NCBI GenBank assembly: GCA_051382295.1
Contig: JBBCAW010000083.1
Location: 1 to 38,328, forward strand
Direction of reading: 5' to 3'
DNA from: Bdellovibrionota bacterium FG-1
GTDB taxonomy: Bacteria > Bdellovibrionota > UBA1018
Length of the DNA: 38,328 nucleotides
Positions 35,348 to 38,328 of this stretch are shown here, piece after piece. A model generated the notes under the pieces. The model was not told where the DNA came from, searched no databases, and saw nothing but the letters and a program-made list of their open reading frames with translations. Position numbers and translations under genes: made by a program. The first letter of the stretch is position 1; each line of letters starts with the position of its first letter.

Positions 35348-36028
35348 GTGTTCATCTTTTCTAATTTGGCCACGAGTTTAGATGGAAAAATCGCCACTCA
35401 AAAACGAGAATTGTTTTATTTAGGGACCTCGGTTGACCGAAAAGAGATGCAACGATTGCGTGCTCAAGCCGATGTGGTGCTTTTTGGCGCCTCTTCGCTT
35501 CGGTCTTTTCGTAAGCCCTGTATCGTGTATGGAAAAGCTGCAGAGACTTTACGGCACCAACCGGCTAATGCGGTTTTGAGCTCATCGCTTGACAAGCTGT
35601 CTGTGAGCTGGCCGTTTTTTCAGCGGACGGGTTTTGATCGTTTTCTTTTTGTTGGCCCTCAGGCCCCGGCATGCAACTTAAAACGATTTGAGGCGTCTTC
35701 AGAAGTGATCGTTTTAAAAAAAGCGACACGACGTCTCCCTGTCGCCCTGCAGATTGTCAATGAACTCAAGAGCCGCGGTTTTAGCCGTTTGCTTGTCGAG
35801 GGCGGTGGACAGGTGATGTGGGAGTTTTGTCAGGAAAACCTGATTGACGAGTACCATGTCACGCTTACCCCCCGCATTTTAGGTGGCACCGAAGCACCCA
35901 CGTTGGTGGATGGCCCCGGTTTTCGAGCCGCTGCAACGCTTAAACTCAAGCTTGAAAGTTGCACCCGGCGAGGGGATGAGCTTTATCTTGTGTATCGCAA
36001 ACGGCGCCAAAAAAATAGCCGGGCTTAG
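35348..36028 (+). CDS. RibD C-terminal (DHFR-like) reductase family protein
   Basis: ATSLDGKIA, LLVEGGG, LIDE, PRILGG..APTL. Confidence 0.88.
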   Translation: MFIFSNLATSLDGKIATQKRELFYLGTSVDRKEMQRLRAQADVVLFGASSLRSFRKPCIVYGKAAETLRHQPANAVLSSSLDKLSVSWPFFQRTGFDRFLFVGPQAPACNLKRFEASSEVIVLKKATRRLPVALQIVNELKSRGFSRLLVEGGGQVMWEFCQENLIDEYHVTLTPRILGGTEAPTLVDGPGFRAAATLKLKLESCTRRGDELYLVYRKRRQKNSRA

Positions 36029-36246
36029 CGGAGCCTTCTGAGATCCGTCGGGCAACCGGGGCAAGCGGCCACAATATCCCGTGCAAAACCTGACCAAAGC
36101 GTAAAAAGTGTTTTACGAAAACCTACCCCGATCAGTGTGACAATCCCTACGGTGACGACTAACATTAAAACGTATTCAACGACAGCCTGACCTGCCTCGT
36201 TTGAATGGAGTCTGTTCCTCCCGAGAGTGACTAAGGGCTTTTGCAT
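36025..36246 (-). CDS. Flp/TadE-like prepilin
   Basis: Class III signal NEAG/QAVVEYVLMLVVTVGIV; C-terminal CPGC. Confidence 0.78.
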   Translation of the reverse strand: MQKPLVTLGRNRLHSNEAGQAVVEYVLMLVVTVGIVTLIGVGFRKTLFTLWSGFARDIVAACPGCPTDLRRLR

Positions 36247-36283
36247 ATTCCTTATTCTAAGGTAGTATCTCCAACAATGACAA
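36241..36283. promoter_or_regulatory. Overlapping divergent sigma70-like promoters
   Basis: Minus: TTGTCA-N18-TAGAAT-N7-ATG(36246); plus: TTGCAT-N16-TAGTAT-N8-ATG(36277). Confidence 0.45.
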
Positions 36284-36897
36284 CTCCCGTTACAACCCCT
36301 GGTAATCATGGTGTGAATTCTTTAATCAAAGTGCTCCTTCCAATTGGGATGATTATTGTTCTAGTGGTGGGGGGCCTTTATTGGGTGAAAGCTCAGGTGG
36401 CTCATAAGCAGGTGGCGCTTCAGAATGCTGCGGCATCCAGCGGGACGGTTGTTGAAGAGGTTCAAATTGAGGTGGGTCAAACGCTGCCGGATGTGGACCT
36501 TCATGTCTTTGGCGGTGACAAGGTCAAATTGTCGGGGCTTTCCTCTCGGGTGACCTTGGTTAATTTTTGGGCCACGTGGTGCGAAGCCTGTATGTTGGAA
36601 ATGCCGTCGATCGTGAAGTTAAGGAAAAGCTTTCTGGCCCAGGGTTTTGATGTTGCGGCGGTTAACGTCGATCACAACCCCGGCGCAGTGCTGCCTCGAG
36701 TTATGAATCGGTTAGGGATCGATTTTAGGGTCTTTTTTGACGAAGACCAAAAGCTTTCGGAGCTTTTTCATATCGAGGCCATTCCGTTGACCGTGATTAT
36801 CAATACAACTCGAAAAATATTGATGGTTGAAAATGGTGAACGCGACTGGAATGGCGCGGATATGCACGCGGCGGTTGAAAAGTGGCTGGCCGAATGA
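36277..36897 (+). CDS. TlpA-family membrane-anchored disulfide reductase
   Basis: N-terminal TM; VNFWATWCEACMLEMP; cis-Pro motif AIPLT. Confidence 0.9.
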   Translation: MTTPVTTPGNHGVNSLIKVLLPIGMIIVLVVGGLYWVKAQVAHKQVALQNAAASSGTVVEEVQIEVGQTLPDVDLHVFGGDKVKLSGLSSRVTLVNFWATWCEACMLEMPSIVKLRKSFLAQGFDVAAVNVDHNPGAVLPRVMNRLGIDFRVFFDEDQKLSELFHIEAIPLTVIINTTRKILMVENGERDWNGADMHAAVEKWLAE

Positions 36898-37586
36898 ATG
36901 TTAAATTAGTCATTCCGAGCGAAGTTCGTGCGCTTCCGCTCTTTGTGAGTCGTGGAAACAAGTGGCCCGCCGGGGTGGTGATGTATGGGATGGCCGCCGC
37001 CGTCTATCTGCTTTGCAATCACTTTCATCTGTTTCCACCGCAGGAGCTCACCCGATCTTGGCTCGATTTGACGATCCCGTTTTTTCCGCAATCCATTTGG
37101 ATCTATACGAGTGAGTACTTGTTTTTTGCCTCACTCTACTACTGCGCCAAAGATATTCTTAACCTCAACAAATACCTCTATTCTTTTCTTTGTCTCCAGT
37201 TCATGAGTTGTATGATTTTTTTGCTCTGGCCGACGACGTATCCGCGGCATCTTTTTCCTCTGCCGGACACTTTGGATTCGGCCACTCGCTTTGTTTTCGC
37301 TTCGTTGCGAACGGCTGATACGCCAGCGAGCTGTTGTCCGAGTCTTCATGTGAGCAGCGTTTATTTGTCGTCCTTTATTTTTTTGGATGAGCAAAGGCGG
37401 CTTTTTCCGGTTTTCTTTATTTGGAGTACCGCCATTGCGTTTTCAACGCTCACGACCAAACAGCATTACGTCTGGGATGTCGTGGCCGGCATGATGATGG
37501 CGATGTTCCATTATTGGTTTTTCCACCGACATATCCGATACCGAAAGGCCCGCATCTCTTTTGATTTTTATAAATATTTCAGGTAG
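36894..37586 (+). CDS. PAP2-superfamily membrane protein (inositol phosphorylceramide synthase-like)
   Basis: LDLTIPF, WPTTYPR, CCPSLHV, STLTTKQHYVWDV; ATGA-coupled. Confidence 0.85.
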   Translation: MNVKLVIPSEVRALPLFVSRGNKWPAGVVMYGMAAAVYLLCNHFHLFPPQELTRSWLDLTIPFFPQSIWIYTSEYLFFASLYYCAKDILNLNKYLYSFLCLQFMSCMIFLLWPTTYPRHLFPLPDTLDSATRFVFASLRTADTPASCCPSLHVSSVYLSSFIFLDEQRRLFPVFFIWSTAIAFSTLTTKQHYVWDVVAGMMMAMFHYWFFHRHIRYRKARISFDFYKYFR

Positions 37587-37619
37587 TTAGATTGTTTTGT
37601 GGTGGGGTTTTGAAATTGG

Positions 37620-37652
37620 TATACCTATTATATTAGGTATATTATAATAGGT
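37620..37652. promoter_or_regulatory. Overlapping palindromic operators and TATAAT upstream of the XRE regulator
   Basis: TATACCTA/TAGGTATA (37620-37627/37634-37641) and ACCTATTATA/TATAATAGGT (37623-37632/37643-37652). Confidence 0.65.
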
Positions 37653-37655
37653 GAC

Positions 37656-38195
37656 ATGAAGGAAGTTGAAGAGCTGGCGGCTCTGATTAGGTCCAGGCGT
37701 GGACTTCTTGGAATAACTCAATTCAGCCTGGCACAAAGCGCACAGGTGAGTTTACCGACCATTCAGAACTTGGAACACGGCAAGGGTAATCCGTGCTGGA
37801 GCGTGCTGGTTCCGGTTTGTCATGCGTTAGGCCTAACTTTGGCGGTTCAGTCCCAAACGGCGGATTGGGATTTGCTCATCGAGTGGGGAGTGCCGCTTTC
37901 TTTACCATTAGGTCAGCTTCAACGAAGCCTGGATCCTCGCCGTGGTGATCTTGAATCTTTTTTAACTCATCTCACCCTGGCAGCTCTTGAAGTTGGAGGG
38001 GTGGGAGAGGAGCGAAAACGTGAGGCCCTGTCCGCCTTTTTGTTTGCGCTTTCGTCACATTATCCTACATTTTATGCGAAACATTGTAGCCATGCGCGGG
38101 TGCTCAAGGCGATGACGCCTCATTCGAAGTCTTTGTCCGGGCATTTGATTAAACTCAAACGGCAGGCCCTTGCCCATTTGGCGGAACGACTATGA
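37656..38195 (+). CDS. XRE-family HTH regulator with C-terminal domain (possible antitoxin)
   Basis: IRSRR..LGITQFSLAQSAQVSLPTIQNLEHGKGNP; SD AGGTGA. Confidence 0.85.
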   Translation: MKEVEELAALIRSRRGLLGITQFSLAQSAQVSLPTIQNLEHGKGNPCWSVLVPVCHALGLTLAVQSQTADWDLLIEWGVPLSLPLGQLQRSLDPRRGDLESFLTHLTLAALEVGGVGEERKREALSAFLFALSSHYPTFYAKHCSHARVLKAMTPHSKSLSGHLIKLKRQALAHLAERL

Positions 38196-38212
38196 AAGTA
38201 ATGGATCAGGCA

Positions 38213-38328
38213 CTTTTGCGGAAAGGAATCATAAAGAGCCTTAAGGTGAGCGGACCAGTCCTTTGCATAATGAACCTCGTCCACCAAAATTCCTTCATAG
38301 CCTTGCATGAAAGCCGCCTCGCCCAGCT
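38213..38328 (-). pseudogene. AAA_14-type ATPase entering from the window edge, truncated shortly after Walker B
   Basis: LGEAAFMQGYEGILVDEVHYAKDWSAHLKALYDSFPQK, then no GSS motif; the frame continues antisense into the XRE gene and stops at 38120. Confidence 0.6.

Noticed and set aside
1..38328. CRISPR array, rRNA, riboswitch, retron or reverse transcriptase
   Set aside because: No repeat-spacer periodicity, rRNA-like sequence, RT motifs or recognisable riboswitch seen by eye; an Rfam/Infernal scan would be needed to exclude ncRNAs.

Overview
Bacterial chromosomal window; the gene content (PilT/PilU, PilZ, FecR, LysM, DM13, Flp pilin, sigma28-like promoters) suggests a Bdellovibrionota/deltaproteobacterial-type host, which is inference only. 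1-9.87 kb is the end of an integrative conjugative element inserted at a tRNA-Arg(ACG) (9796-9873, minus strand). It is one co-oriented, mostly translationally coupled run: VirB6-like, TraK/VirB9-like, TraB/VirB10-like (split by a 1659-bp IS1634-family element with 6-bp TSD), TraV-like lipoprotein, a ~165-bp nested inverted repeat (oriT candidate), a Replic_Relax/MOB_C-type relaxase, a VirD4-like coupling protein fused to a ~550-aa lipoprotein-like Cys-rich region, an excisionase, and a tyrosine integrase whose ORF ends inside the tRNA. 10-27.6 kb is backbone: a GH172 plus GH32-like glycosidase, PilT/PilU, anmK/murU/amgK peptidoglycan recycling, a degenerate M48 protein, LysM and FecR proteins, a TPR beta-barrel and pruA. 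27.6-32.75 kb is a toxin-antitoxin-rich accessory patch: an unannotated type-I-TA-like 46-aa ORF in a structured RNA, a Phd-PIN pair, AbiEi with a pseudogenised toxin, and remnants. 32.75-38.3 kb holds an agmatinase-family enzyme, CoA-transferase III, rlmE, RibD-C, Flp pilin, TlpA, PAP2, an XRE regulator and a probable rearrangement junction. Several genes look leaderless. Family assignments come from motif recognition by eye; no database search was run.
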